A stretch of 64,000 nucleotides of DNA from an uncultured delta proteobacterium. Lineage in GTDB: Bacteria; Desulfobacterota; Binatia; UBA9968. The notes beneath the pieces are model-generated. The model worked only from the letters and a program-made list of their open reading frames with translations, made no database searches and was not told the origin of the DNA. Below are positions 1 through 9,422 of this stretch, in pieces. Where the stretch lies: positions 96,001 to 160,000 of the forward strand of contig CAVUZH010000003.1 in the NCBI GenBank assembly GCA_963745835.1, written 5' to 3'. Both the position numbers and the translations under genes were made by a program. Each line of letters begins with the position of its first letter. Position 1 is the first letter of the stretch.

Positions 1-282
1 GTTTTCAACCAGCCGGTACCGTATGCTAAACCGATCCGTTACGGCATCACCAGCGATGGCTCGCGCATCGCCGCCTACGGCGTGCCGGCGATTACCTATG
101 GTCCGGGGTTCGGCACCCATCTGGTCGATCCGACTGAAACCAAAGCCGGTCCGGAATGGGACGCGCCCAGCGGAGTTCGCCGCGGCGTCGGTATCGAAAA
201 CATGATTAATTGCACCAAGGTGTATGCCATGGCCGCGCTCGATATCGTTAATCAAAAGAAGGATGCTGTCGCCAAAGGATGA
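1..282 (+). CDS. M20/ArgE-DapE family metallo-amidohydrolase, C-terminal part (5' end outside window)
   Basis: Frame 1 is open from base 1 (VFNQPVPYAKPIRYGITSDGSRIAAYGVPAITYGPG...); the SD...G.PAITYGPG segment and terminal 'VYAMAALD' helix resemble M20 C-termini. Confidence 0.55.
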   Translation, partial: VFNQPVPYAKPIRYGITSDGSRIAAYGVPAITYGPGFGTHLVDPTETKAGPEWDAPSGVRRGVGIENMINCTKVYAMAALDIVNQKKDAVAKG

Positions 283-289
283 GGACCCG

Positions 290-1171
290 ATGCAAATCAC
301 ATTCGCCCATTATCGTAATCGTTTCTGCATGTATCGAACCTACTATGCGCTAGCTAAGGGGATCGTCAGGCCCGACGGCTTTACAATGAAAGTCATTGAA
401 CTGCCGGATCCGCCGAGTCATGAACAGGAGGACGCGCTGATTCGCGGCGATGTGCAAGTCGCCAATCTCTACCTGCCTAACTTCTTGCGCCGCAAATTAG
501 CCGGGGCGCCGATCGTCGGTCTGTGCACGGAATGGAAGTCGACCATGAAAGGAAACGGCATGTTCGTGCGCAAAGACGGCCCGGTGCGCGACCCGCGCGA
601 TCTGGTGGGACGTGTCATCGGTTCGCATCAGGGGCCGCACGCAATCCACCGATACTTGCTGCGGCACAAATTCGGCATCGATGATGCCGGCTTGCAGTGG
701 GTCTCCCATCCGCAAGAACAACTGCTGGAGGCATTGAAGCGGGGGGATGCCGACGCGGTGGTGCTGCTCGATCAGTTCTTCTTCCACGGCGAACAAGATC
801 CGGAAATCCAGTGCCTGTACACGGACGGCGAGATTTGGCATTCGCTATTGGGTTTTTCTGAAATCATCAAGCACATGATTGCCATGCAAGAAACGCTGTC
901 GCGCGAGCAGCCCGAGTTAAAAGAAAAGTTGCGAGCCGCGTTTCGCGCCTCTCTCGCTTACAGCGAGGAACATCTACAAGAAATTGCCGACGAGTTCGTT
1001 AAAAGTTACCCCGGCGATAAGCAAGCCTTACTTGCCTCGGCGCGTTATCCGAGAATCGAATTCACCTTGACCGAAACCGAGCAGAAGCTAGCTGATGCAG
1101 AGATGGACATGATGGTTGAAGTCGGCTGGATTCCGCACAAAGCGCCTGTGCATTCTCTGTTTGCGATTTAA
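290..1171 (+). CDS. SBP-fold (SsuA/THI5/MqnD-like) protein lacking a signal peptide
   Basis: ATG at 290 after GAGGA; 'DPRDLVGRVIG', 'LLEALKRGDADA' are type II PBP motifs; N-terminus is not hydrophobic. Confidence 0.7.
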   Translation: MQITFAHYRNRFCMYRTYYALAKGIVRPDGFTMKVIELPDPPSHEQEDALIRGDVQVANLYLPNFLRRKLAGAPIVGLCTEWKSTMKGNGMFVRKDGPVRDPRDLVGRVIGSHQGPHAIHRYLLRHKFGIDDAGLQWVSHPQEQLLEALKRGDADAVVLLDQFFFHGEQDPEIQCLYTDGEIWHSLLGFSEIIKHMIAMQETLSREQPELKEKLRAAFRASLAYSEEHLQEIADEFVKSYPGDKQALLASARYPRIEFTLTETEQKLADAEMDMMVEVGWIPHKAPVHSLFAI

Positions 1172-1203
1172 CCGCAGTAAGTTGTTTAGTATGGACGTCG
1201 ATT

Positions 1204-2181
1204 TTGGTTTCGGGAAGAAATAATCGTTATCGCTTCAAACAAGCGATCGGAGCAATCATTTTCGCTTTCCTCATCTCCTCCTGCAATTTGACAGGGATGC
1301 CCATCCGGAACGAAACAGAGTTGCTTCGCGATGCTTCGGCTACGATCCAGGAGATCAAAGCATTCGAAAGAGATCTGGGACTCGAGCCTACTCAGGCCCT
1401 GGCGCAAACTAGCGAGCACAGAACTCCAACTTCGATGTTGTGGTTCTGGCTACAACGCGCGGGTACCCTGGCTTTGCGAGATCCGATCGATGTTCGTTTG
1501 ACTCTGGGGTTTGCCAAGACAAAGGAAGAGGTTCCGCTTGATCAGGTTTACCGAGTCGACGGTTACAGCGTTTATTACCGCCAGGGCAACGAGTTCGCCG
1601 ACCCCCGATCGGTGGCCACGGAAAGCTTTGCGCGCGAGAGTGCCGTGCGCCAGGTGACGGTGGTGATCCACGAGGATTTGCACGGTGACACTAATTTTGA
1701 CCTGCCATGGGAGATCGAAGAATCGCTAATCACCCCCCTTGGTTCGATAGCGGCGGTGGAGTTCTTCAAGCGAAGGTCGGATTCAGCCAATCTTGAGACA
1801 GCCCAGAAACGACTAGACGATGAAAGGCAGCTGTCACGAGAGCTTGGCCAGTTGGTCACGGCGGCGGAAACGATTTTTAACAATGAATCTGTCGAGAGCG
1901 CCAAACAGACGATCGTGGCGATGATTCCTTCGTATCCGGTTTATCACCGCCATTTTCAGCGACAGATTCGAGGCCAGCATCCAGAGACGGCCATCGAAGC
2001 TAAGCTCAGTCACGACTTGGCTTACTATCGTCACTTCGATGCCATCGTAGCCCTTTACGAGACCACCCAGGACTTAAAGGCGCTGCTGCGAAATCTGCGC
2101 AAGGCGCCGAGAGACGCCCACGCAGTGACCGCTTATCTCCAATCTTTGCGACCGAGCGATGCGGTCGCGACCCTTGATTAA
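1204..2181 (+). CDS. Putative zinc aminopeptidase-like lipoprotein
   Basis: Hydrophobic N-terminus with 'ISSC' lipobox-like site; HExxH (HEDLH) followed by 'WEIEES'. Confidence 0.6.
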   Translation: MVSGRNNRYRFKQAIGAIIFAFLISSCNLTGMPIRNETELLRDASATIQEIKAFERDLGLEPTQALAQTSEHRTPTSMLWFWLQRAGTLALRDPIDVRLTLGFAKTKEEVPLDQVYRVDGYSVYYRQGNEFADPRSVATESFARESAVRQVTVVIHEDLHGDTNFDLPWEIEESLITPLGSIAAVEFFKRRSDSANLETAQKRLDDERQLSRELGQLVTAAETIFNNESVESAKQTIVAMIPSYPVYHRHFQRQIRGQHPETAIEAKLSHDLAYYRHFDAIVALYETTQDLKALLRNLRKAPRDAHAVTAYLQSLRPSDAVATLD

Positions 2182-2512
2182 GGCACTCTGGGCGATCAGA
2201 GCTCCACTGCGGATACCCGAATTTAACGGCTTCGGTGACATTCTCGGAAATGGGTCAGGGCTTAAGGAAGCTGGCGGAAGACGCATTGGCGGAACCGATT
2301 TTTGGACAGCATCTCCCCTAGACGAGTTGCAGCGTATGCTGTTAAAGAGCAAAACAATCGATCAGGCAAATCAGAGTTTGCTCTATAACTCGCATTGCCG
2401 TTCGACACCCTTCCTTCGAAAAATCCGCTTCAATTGTTATCATCTTTATATTTCCTGGGCACCCAATGACGTCCCTTATATCATGGTTCACTTGATCAAG
2501 AGGCCCAATTAC

Positions 2513-3136
2513 ATGAGACAGATGCCGGTTTTAAAGTTCTTTGTGATAACGGCGACGTTGTTTTTTGCCGGCTGCGCTAGCACGCCGATGTTGGTGAGCC
2601 AATGGAGCAATCCCGCTTACGAATCACCGTTTTTCAAAAAAATCGCAGTCAGTTGTATCGACGGGCACATTAGTATCCGGCGCAACTGTGAAGATGAGCT
2701 TGTCGCGCAAATCAGAGCCGCAGGTGTTGATGCGTTGCCAAGCTATCGGAGCTTTCCGGAGGATGCGAAACTGGATGAAACCAAAGTGAAACAAATGGCG
2801 AAAGAAGCCGGCGCGGATAGCGCTCTCATTATTCGGGCACTCAGCGTTGAACAGAAGACAGAAATCACCCCTACTTACTTTCCTTCACCCGGGTTCGGTA
2901 TTTTTGGCGGGCATGTCTCCGCTACATGGTACGGTTGGTACGGCGCGCCGCGGGTTTATCGGTATGAGGAGTATACGTCTGAAGCCACTCTTAACGACCT
3001 GATCAAGAATCAAATCGTTTGGACCGGTACTCTCAAAACAACCGCTCCTGACAATGTCGATTCGGTAATTAAGATTTATGTGAGAAACGTCATCGGGGCG
3101 CTAAAGGATAGAAACTTGCTCGGCAGCAAGCAGTGA
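2513..3136 (+). CDS. Hypothetical lipoprotein (DUF4136-like)
   Basis: ATG 2513 after AAGAGG; lipobox 'FAGC'; Y/W/G-rich central loop and 'QIVWTG' near the C-terminus. Confidence 0.65.
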   Translation: MRQMPVLKFFVITATLFFAGCASTPMLVSQWSNPAYESPFFKKIAVSCIDGHISIRRNCEDELVAQIRAAGVDALPSYRSFPEDAKLDETKVKQMAKEAGADSALIIRALSVEQKTEITPTYFPSPGFGIFGGHVSATWYGWYGAPRVYRYEEYTSEATLNDLIKNQIVWTGTLKTTAPDNVDSVIKIYVRNVIGALKDRNLLGSKQ

Positions 3137-3745
3137 AATTTTCCAACTGACTATCGCGCGCACCAGCCGGTTCGCCAACATTGGGAACCAAAAAGAGCAA
3201 CCGCTCTCCATGGATCGACGGTAGCAAGTTTAAATAACTCCTCCCATTGGTGGTGCTCATTTAGCGCCGAATAGGAATGCGAATCGTATTGGATGAGGCA
3301 TAAATGTCGGCGGCCGTGAGCGTTGAAGAGGAAATACATTTTCCGGATCGATCCCCAACGCTTGGAGATGCACGGCGCCCAGAGTCTCCCACGCGCGTTG
3401 AACGGGGATCCGTTCGACGTTATAAGGGAGCATGACAGCCACCCGTGCGCTGAGGAGCATACAAAACAAAGCTGGATTCTCTCCACTTGCAAGCCCAGCG
3501 GTATCTGTTAACTCCTTCGCTCTGAGGCGAACAGGTCTCGAAAGACTGACCGGCATAGGATCTTGTGCCGGGAACTCATTGGCCGGAGCTGGCTGCAGAT
3601 GAATCCGTTCCAGTGTACGAGCTCTGGACCAACATCCTACAAGTAGGGGTAGAGGTAAAACCTGCACGGCGCATTCGGGAAAAAAGAATACCGGGAATTC
3701 TCATTCGGACAGCAGCGGCGCAAGCAAGCTTGAAAGGAAATATTC

Positions 3746-4699
3746 ATGAAAAATTTGTTGATTGGATACGATGGATCCGAGCATGCTGACGCAGCGATCG
3801 ACGATCTCCAACGCGCCGGGCTGCCGCAGGATGTTGAAGCGATAGTTCTGACCGTCGTAGATGCATTCTTGCCCCCGACCGTTGACCCAAAGGATTGGGG
3901 ATCTTCGCCGTTGGATGAGAAGATCCGGAAACGGGCCGAAGAAATGCGCGCGCGAGCTTTGAAGGTGCGGGAAGAGGCTGCTTCGGTGGCGGCTCAAGGC
4001 GCCGCCCGCGTCAAGCAGCTATTTACATCATGGGCGGTACGCGCCGAAACGGAGGTTAACTCGCCCGGCTGGGGAATCATCTTGAAGGCGGAAGAATGGG
4101 GCGCCGACATGGTCGTCATCGGCGCTGGAAAGCATTCGTTTATAGAGCGAATACAATTGGGCAGTTCACTGCGAAAAGTGGTCGGCGCCTGTGAACGCAC
4201 CGTCAGAGTGGGGCGGTCTTTGCCAAGCCGCCGGGAGACCTCGGTGCGTATTATCATTGGCCTCGACGGATCGCCTGATGCTGAGTTGGCGATGGAGGCG
4301 GTGGCCGAGCGTACGTGGCCAGCGGGAAGCCAAGCCCATTTGATTACCGTAATCGATGACCGGCTTTCAATTCTCACGCCGTCTCTTATCCCGCGTTTGG
4401 CACGTTGGTCGAGTGTGGCAGATTCGGATGATGATCAAGCATGGGTTGACCGAATGATGAAAGCCGCGAGCGACAAGCTACAGGGCGCAGGATTAGAGAT
4501 TTCCCGCGAAGTTGTAAGAGGCGCTCCGAGTCAACGCCTTCTGGACGCCGCCGTAGATTGGCAGGCGGACTGCATCGTGATCGGAGCACGGGGGCTAAGC
4601 GGGATCGAACGTTTTCTTATCGGCAGCGTTTCTTCCGATGTCGCTGTGCGCGCGAACTGCTCGGTGGAAGTCGTGCGCCCCAAGCCATCGCGTCCGTGA
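3746..4699 (+). CDS. Universal stress protein, tandem UspA domains
   Basis: Two 'IGxDGS' starts; 'IVIGARGLSGIERFLIGSVS...ANCSVEVVR' UspA signature. Confidence 0.92.
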   Translation: MKNLLIGYDGSEHADAAIDDLQRAGLPQDVEAIVLTVVDAFLPPTVDPKDWGSSPLDEKIRKRAEEMRARALKVREEAASVAAQGAARVKQLFTSWAVRAETEVNSPGWGIILKAEEWGADMVVIGAGKHSFIERIQLGSSLRKVVGACERTVRVGRSLPSRRETSVRIIIGLDGSPDAELAMEAVAERTWPAGSQAHLITVIDDRLSILTPSLIPRLARWSSVADSDDDQAWVDRMMKAASDKLQGAGLEISREVVRGAPSQRLLDAAVDWQADCIVIGARGLSGIERFLIGSVSSDVAVRANCSVEVVRPKPSRP

Positions 4700-4862
4700 A
4701 CCGTCGTGTGATTGTTGAGACCGTTGATATAGACTCGTAACTCGCGATCTTCGCCAGGTGCGCTGCAATCACGCAAGAGGCAACGTTCCTCGCTCGCCCA
4801 TTGTAATGCTACGCTTGCGCCGATCTCTTGTTAAACGCGATGCGGCAAGATAACATACGATC

Positions 4863-5075
4863 ATGGCCAGAATCACTGTAGAAGACTGTCTGTCGGAAAT
4901 TCCTAGTCGTTTTGAGCTTGTAATACTAGCGGCAAAAAGAGCAAAGCAGCTCCTAAAGGGAGCGAAGCCTCTCTTGGCCTCGGATAATCGAGCTATTGTC
5001 GTAGCTCTCCGCGAGATCGCAGCAGGCAAGGTACGCCGAGCGGCGCCCGAACCTGACGCCTTACCGGCACCCTAG
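4863..5075 (+). CDS. rpoZ: DNA-directed RNA polymerase subunit omega
   Basis: [10 protein letters not shown]...[16 protein letters not shown]...[11 protein letters not shown] matches the omega consensus. Confidence 0.95.
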   Translation: MARITVEDCLSEIPSRFELVILAAKRAKQLLKGAKPLLASDNRAIVVALREIAAGKVRRAAPEPDALPAP

Positions 5076-5460
5076 CGGACATAAGTTTTGGCGGTTCTCC
5101 CAATCTACACTGCACCCCAGCCCTTTACCGATGCATTCCGGTGGTTGTCATCAGGGATGGCAGCTTCTCCAAGATTTGCGACGAGCATTCGCCGCAATGA
5201 CGGTCCTCGCGCCGACAATACATCCGGACACTAGCGTGAGGTTTGTTTCACGGCTCCTACTGCCGTGCGCGTTTTCTCTGGATGCTTCGTGTTGCGCCTT
5301 AGTGCAAGTCGTATCCAGCACGTAAATCGTCGTTAAGCTCAATTGCATTTCTTCTTCATACACCTTGGCCTCAGTTCGGCTGAGTTTCCGCCGATGATGG
5401 TAGAATCCTTTGCAGGCTTGCTTGCGCTACGGCACCTTTCGGATCCGAGAAGGTGTTTCA

Positions 5461-6465
5461 TTAATACGTATCGAACATTCTCTGAATCTCGTCGGCAGTA
5501 CTCGTTTTCGTAAGCGCTAAAGAGAGCAGCAGGCGCGCTTTCCACGGTTGCAAATTGTCGCCGGCGACGAATCCACGCCTGGCCAAGCCGGGGCTGCGCA
5601 CTACCCGGCCCGAGGCAACCCGGCTGCAAAGGCACATGAGCATTCCTTTCTCTTTGAAAGCTTTGTCGAAAGCCGCGTCTTCCGGCGGGGTTGGCCGGCC
5701 GGCGCCGGTGCCGGCGCTGACGATACCTTTGGCTCCGGCATTGGCGGCGGCTTCAATCATGGTGCCATCGGCGCCGACATACGAGAGCACTACGTCAACG
5801 CGCGGTAGGGTTTGCAGGTTGCGCACGTCGAACTCAGTGTCGACAGTGTGCTTTCTTACCGGTTGGTGGTAATAAACGATCTTGCCATCGCCGTCGGCAA
5901 ATCCCAGCGGCCCCAAATCGCGCGACTGGAAAGCTTCCACCCGGTAAGTGGCGTTCTTCGTCACATCACGGCCATTAAAAATTGTATCGTTCATCACCAG
6001 CATGCAACCGCGCCCGCGCGAAGATGGCTCGGCGGCGACTTTGATGGCATTGACCAAATTCAAATACCCATCGGCGCTGATGGCCGACGCCGGCCGCATC
6101 GAGCCGACGACCACCACGGGCTTATCTGTTTTTAGAGTGAGATTCAGAAAATACGCAGTCTCTTCGATGGTGTTGGTGCCGTGAGTGATAACGATGCCAT
6201 CGGCCTTGTCGTTGTCGAAAATCGCATGAATGGTTCGCACCAGATCAAGCCAATCTTTATCGACTAACGCGTGACTCGGTAAACGGCGAAACGGAATTTC
6301 TTGTACCTGAGCGATATCTTTTAGCTCCGGAAGTTGCTGCAGAAGCTCTCCATCATTGAGTCTTTTGCCCGCCTCGATATACCAGGCAAGATCTAACCTG
6401 TCCTTGCCCAATGAATCGATGGTTCCTCCCGTCAGGATCAAAGCTATGCGCGGTAAATTGGCCAT
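5461..6465 (-). CDS. L-asparaginase/glutaminase family amidohydrolase (no signal peptide)
   Basis: LTGGTI, HGTNT (variant of HGTDT), 'KPVVVVGSMRP', 'GTGAG', 'LQPWKARLLL'. Confidence 0.9.
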   Translation of the reverse strand: MANLPRIALILTGGTIDSLGKDRLDLAWYIEAGKRLNDGELLQQLPELKDIAQVQEIPFRRLPSHALVDKDWLDLVRTIHAIFDNDKADGIVITHGTNTIEETAYFLNLTLKTDKPVVVVGSMRPASAISADGYLNLVNAIKVAAEPSSRGRGCMLVMNDTIFNGRDVTKNATYRVEAFQSRDLGPLGFADGDGKIVYYHQPVRKHTVDTEFDVRNLQTLPRVDVVLSYVGADGTMIEAAANAGAKGIVSAGTGAGRPTPPEDAAFDKAFKEKGMLMCLCSRVASGRVVRSPGLARRGFVAGDNLQPWKARLLLSLALTKTSTADEIQRMFDTY

Positions 6466-6543
6466 GAAAAATCCTTCCTGAGTTCTGATTGTTTAAGTTC
6501 CGTTTTTACCCGTCCACAGCTTCAACTTCAAGACACTCCGGCA

Positions 6544-6645
6544 GTTTCGAATCGTCCCACTGGTTCCCATAGTTCCAAAATGTTCTAGTGCGAGTTTCAA
6601 TCCGTTCGCAGGCTTTCCGTCGTTCCAGAAGTTTCCTTGGTTCGA
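6544..6645 (-). repeat. Degenerate 9-bp-period (T)GGAAC array
   Basis: GTTCC-like hexamers on + strand at 6554, 6563, 6572, 6582 and 6604, 6613, 6622, 6631, 6640. Confidence 0.6.
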
Positions 6646-6719
6646 GACGCACCAAACTTACTCATGCGAAAAGGCAAGCGATGCGATGGCAAACGTTAGC
6701 TCGGGAACAGGAGGGACGA

Positions 6720-7664
6720 TTAAGTCTTCGCGTAAGCTTTCAACGCGGGCAGCGCCTCTTTTGCGAAGCGCTCGATCTGTTCCTGACGCTCCGGATAATG
6801 CGGCACCATGAACTGCAAGCCAATGTGCGTGACTCCAACCTTTTGGAACATTTGCAATCGGTCGATGACTTGTTCAACGCTGCCCTTTAAGTAATTTTCT
6901 TCCTGCTGCGCATCGTCGGGCGTTAGCTCGATGGGCAAACAGCAGGCCAGGGTTAATTCATCGGGACTGCGCCCCGCCTCTCTGGCGATTGTCCGAACAT
7001 ATTCGAAGCGCGCCGCTAATTCCGCAGGCGTAATTCGCACGAAGTAAGGAAACCAAGCATCGCCGAATCGACCGGCGCGGCGCTGAGCGTATTTGCCTTC
7101 GCCGCCCACCCAGATCGGAACTCGCGGTTTTTGATAGGATTTAGGATTGAAAGCGATATCGTTGACGTTGTAGTACTTGCCCCGGAACGTGATGTGCTCT
7201 TCGGTCCAGAGTTGCTTCAGCAAAGTCAGCTGCTCGTCGGAAACTGCGCCTCGCTCTTTGAACGGCGCGTTCATGGCGGCAAACTCTTCTTCCATCCAGC
7301 CCACGCCTACCCCCATTATCAGTCTTCCGGTTGAGAGTTGATCGATGGTCGTTGCGATTTTTGCCCAATGAAGCGGATGGCGGTAGGGCAGGACCATCAC
7401 GCTCATCCCTAACTGAATTGTTTCCGTGCATCCAGCCAGAAAAGCTAGACAAGTTAGTGTATCGAAAAACGGCCGATCGGGCGGTACGATGAACGTCGAC
7501 TCCTTGCTATAAGGATAAGCAGTGTCAATCTTCCACGGAATGACGAGACGGTCCGCGGCCCATACTGAATCATAACCCAGGGATTCTGCCCGCTGCGCGG
7601 CCTGCATCAAGGTCTTCCGACTTGCAGCGCGACCCGACACCGGTAAGAACACTCCGTATTTCAT
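6720..7664 (-). CDS. LLM-class (luciferase-like) flavin/F420-dependent oxidoreductase
   Basis: 'AESLGYDSVW', 'AKIATTIDQLSTGRLIMGVGVGWMEEEF', 'PIWVGG'. Confidence 0.9.
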   Translation of the reverse strand: MKYGVFLPVSGRAASRKTLMQAAQRAESLGYDSVWAADRLVIPWKIDTAYPYSKESTFIVPPDRPFFDTLTCLAFLAGCTETIQLGMSVMVLPYRHPLHWAKIATTIDQLSTGRLIMGVGVGWMEEEFAAMNAPFKERGAVSDEQLTLLKQLWTEEHITFRGKYYNVNDIAFNPKSYQKPRVPIWVGGEGKYAQRRAGRFGDAWFPYFVRITPAELAARFEYVRTIAREAGRSPDELTLACCLPIELTPDDAQQEENYLKGSVEQVIDRLQMFQKVGVTHIGLQFMVPHYPERQEQIERFAKEALPALKAYAKT

Positions 7665-7852
7665 TCCGTACTCTCCTATAGCTTTTCTAATTCGCTAGAA
7701 GCTACTTACTTCGGCACACCGAATCACATAGCACAACGGCGCTTCAATGGCGATTTGCGTGGGTTCTCTAACTCAGGTCGGTGTAGTTGTTGCGCCGCGC
7801 CAGGATCCGACCTCAAAAATAAAGCGCACGCAGGCGGAAGCGAATATCCGTT

Positions 7853-8716
7853 TCAATGTGTCAATGCGATGGCAACTACGCCGGCGACAACCAGCACGGT
7901 GCCAACGGCACTGGCGATGGTGATCCTTTCAACTTGGCGGAGAAAAATCGCGGTAATGATCAGGGTCCAGATCGGTGTGGTGGAGGCAATGGGTGAGACG
8001 ACGACCACCGGTCCCAGGGAGAATGCCAGGAGCATGAGGAGAACCGCCAGCGTCTCAAAGAATCCGGAAACAAAAAACGGCCAGAACGCACGTCGATCCC
8101 ACACCAATTTCTCTTTGCAGATAGGCGTCACGTAATAGGCGGCGAGCGCCAGGAGAGAAATCGGACCGACAACCGCTGTGAAAAATAGCGGCTCATGGGA
8201 TTGGATCAATGCGTAACGCCGCAAAGGATGGACTACCGCGGTAATCAGGGCGGTTGCCACAGGATACATGAGATGCGTCCAATGAAACGAAGGCAAATGT
8301 TTGTCAATGCGCCATGAAGTGAGAACGATTCCAGCCACTACCGAGACTGTTCCGGCCATACCGAGCGGGGTAATCGGTTCGCCGAGAAACAGGATGCCGA
8401 TGAGCACCGCCGGCAACGGAAAAGTATTACGCAGTGTAACGGCCCGGGATGTGCCGAGCTTGTGGATGCCGGTGTAGTGGCAGTGACGCATGATCGGCTG
8501 GAGAATGCCGGTTATGGCAATAGCGACGACGGCGGCTAATGCGACCTGCGGTATGCCTATGGTCAGAAAGACCGCGATCCAGAGAGCCACGGTGTGGACG
8601 ATCAAGGAAACTAAAGTCGCCGTGAAAGGAGTCGAGTAGTTCAGCCCGTTACGCACCGAAACATTGGAAAGCGCGAATGAAACGGCGGTGAGCAACGCGA
8701 GAAGTTGGGGAGACAT
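7853..8716 (-). CDS. EamA/DMT family transporter
   Basis: About 10 hydrophobic segments, two EamA repeats ('LFLGEPIT', 'GPVVVVSPI'). Confidence 0.88.
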   Translation of the reverse strand: MSPQLLALLTAVSFALSNVSVRNGLNYSTPFTATLVSLIVHTVALWIAVFLTIGIPQVALAAVVAIAITGILQPIMRHCHYTGIHKLGTSRAVTLRNTFPLPAVLIGILFLGEPITPLGMAGTVSVVAGIVLTSWRIDKHLPSFHWTHLMYPVATALITAVVHPLRRYALIQSHEPLFFTAVVGPISLLALAAYYVTPICKEKLVWDRRAFWPFFVSGFFETLAVLLMLLAFSLGPVVVVSPIASTTPIWTLIITAIFLRQVERITIASAVGTVLVVAGVVAIALTH

Positions 8717-9052
8717 AAGGTTGCTGCTAGGTATACACGCAGACGCCTGGGCGGTGCTGGTTCACTGAGATTTAAAGCTTAGAAGCGATCTGGAGCGCGG
8801 TGCAAAGAGTGGTCGGTTGCAAACTTAGGGGCTGCGTAGTATCGAATTTTCCCCTCATAGCGGTCAAATAGTCTCCGACTTTACAGGACTCACGCGCATC
8901 CTGGAAGAGTCTACAGGGAATAATGTGCAAACTGAGTTTTCCTGATCAATTGTTTCGCCGTGCCCGGCATCCTTGAATATTCTTCTGGCTTGCAATAGAG
9001 AATTCGACAAAGTAGAAAAGCAGTCAACTTTTGGCCGATCATGGAGGTAGTC

Positions 9053-9421
9053 ATGGGTTTCAGAATCAATCATCTGCATCTCAAAACACCCGACCCGCGT
9101 ACCACGGCAGATTTTTACGTCGAGTTTGCCGGCGCCAAGATCGTCTCAGAGCGCGCGGGTCCGGACGGACGGAAGACTTTTCGCCTGGATTTGCACGGCG
9201 TGCCGCTCAACATCACAGACTATTTGCCGGATCAAAAGCTCGAGCAGCATTATGGCTTAGAGCACGTCGCCATCGACGCAGAAAACTTTGCCGCGGAAGT
9301 GGCGAAGATCAAGACGGCCGGGATTAAGATTCTCGAAGAGCGCGTGCTACCCGATGGTCGCCAGGTTTGTTTCTTCGAGGGGCCGCAAGGCGTTCGGCTG
9401 GAGTTTTTAGAGATGCGTTAA
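9053..9421 (+). CDS. VOC/glyoxalase family protein
   Basis: 'INHLHL', 'GLEHVAI', 'FFEGPQGVRLEFLE'; ATG 9053 after GGAGG. Confidence 0.88.
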   Translation: MGFRINHLHLKTPDPRTTADFYVEFAGAKIVSERAGPDGRKTFRLDLHGVPLNITDYLPDQKLEQHYGLEHVAIDAENFAAEVAKIKTAGIKILEERVLPDGRQVCFFEGPQGVRLEFLEMR

Positions 9422-9422
9422 C

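Noticed and set aside
2159-2512. Long N-terminal extension of the lipoprotein ORF in the ORF track
   Set aside because: Overlaps the upstream gene and lacks protein-like composition; the lipobox and RBS support the start at 2513
3140-3740. 600-bp gap with overlapping short ORFs and a hairpin (GATCCCC..CAACGC..GGAGA / TCTCC..GCGTTG..GGGGATC, about 3350-3410)
   Set aside because: No recognisable protein motif, RBS-supported ORF or known RNA consensus; may be a decayed gene, but I cannot support a call
5076-5460. Possible ncRNA (6S, SRP, tmRNA) downstream of rpoZ
   Set aside because: No diagnostic motif or convincing long pairing found by eye
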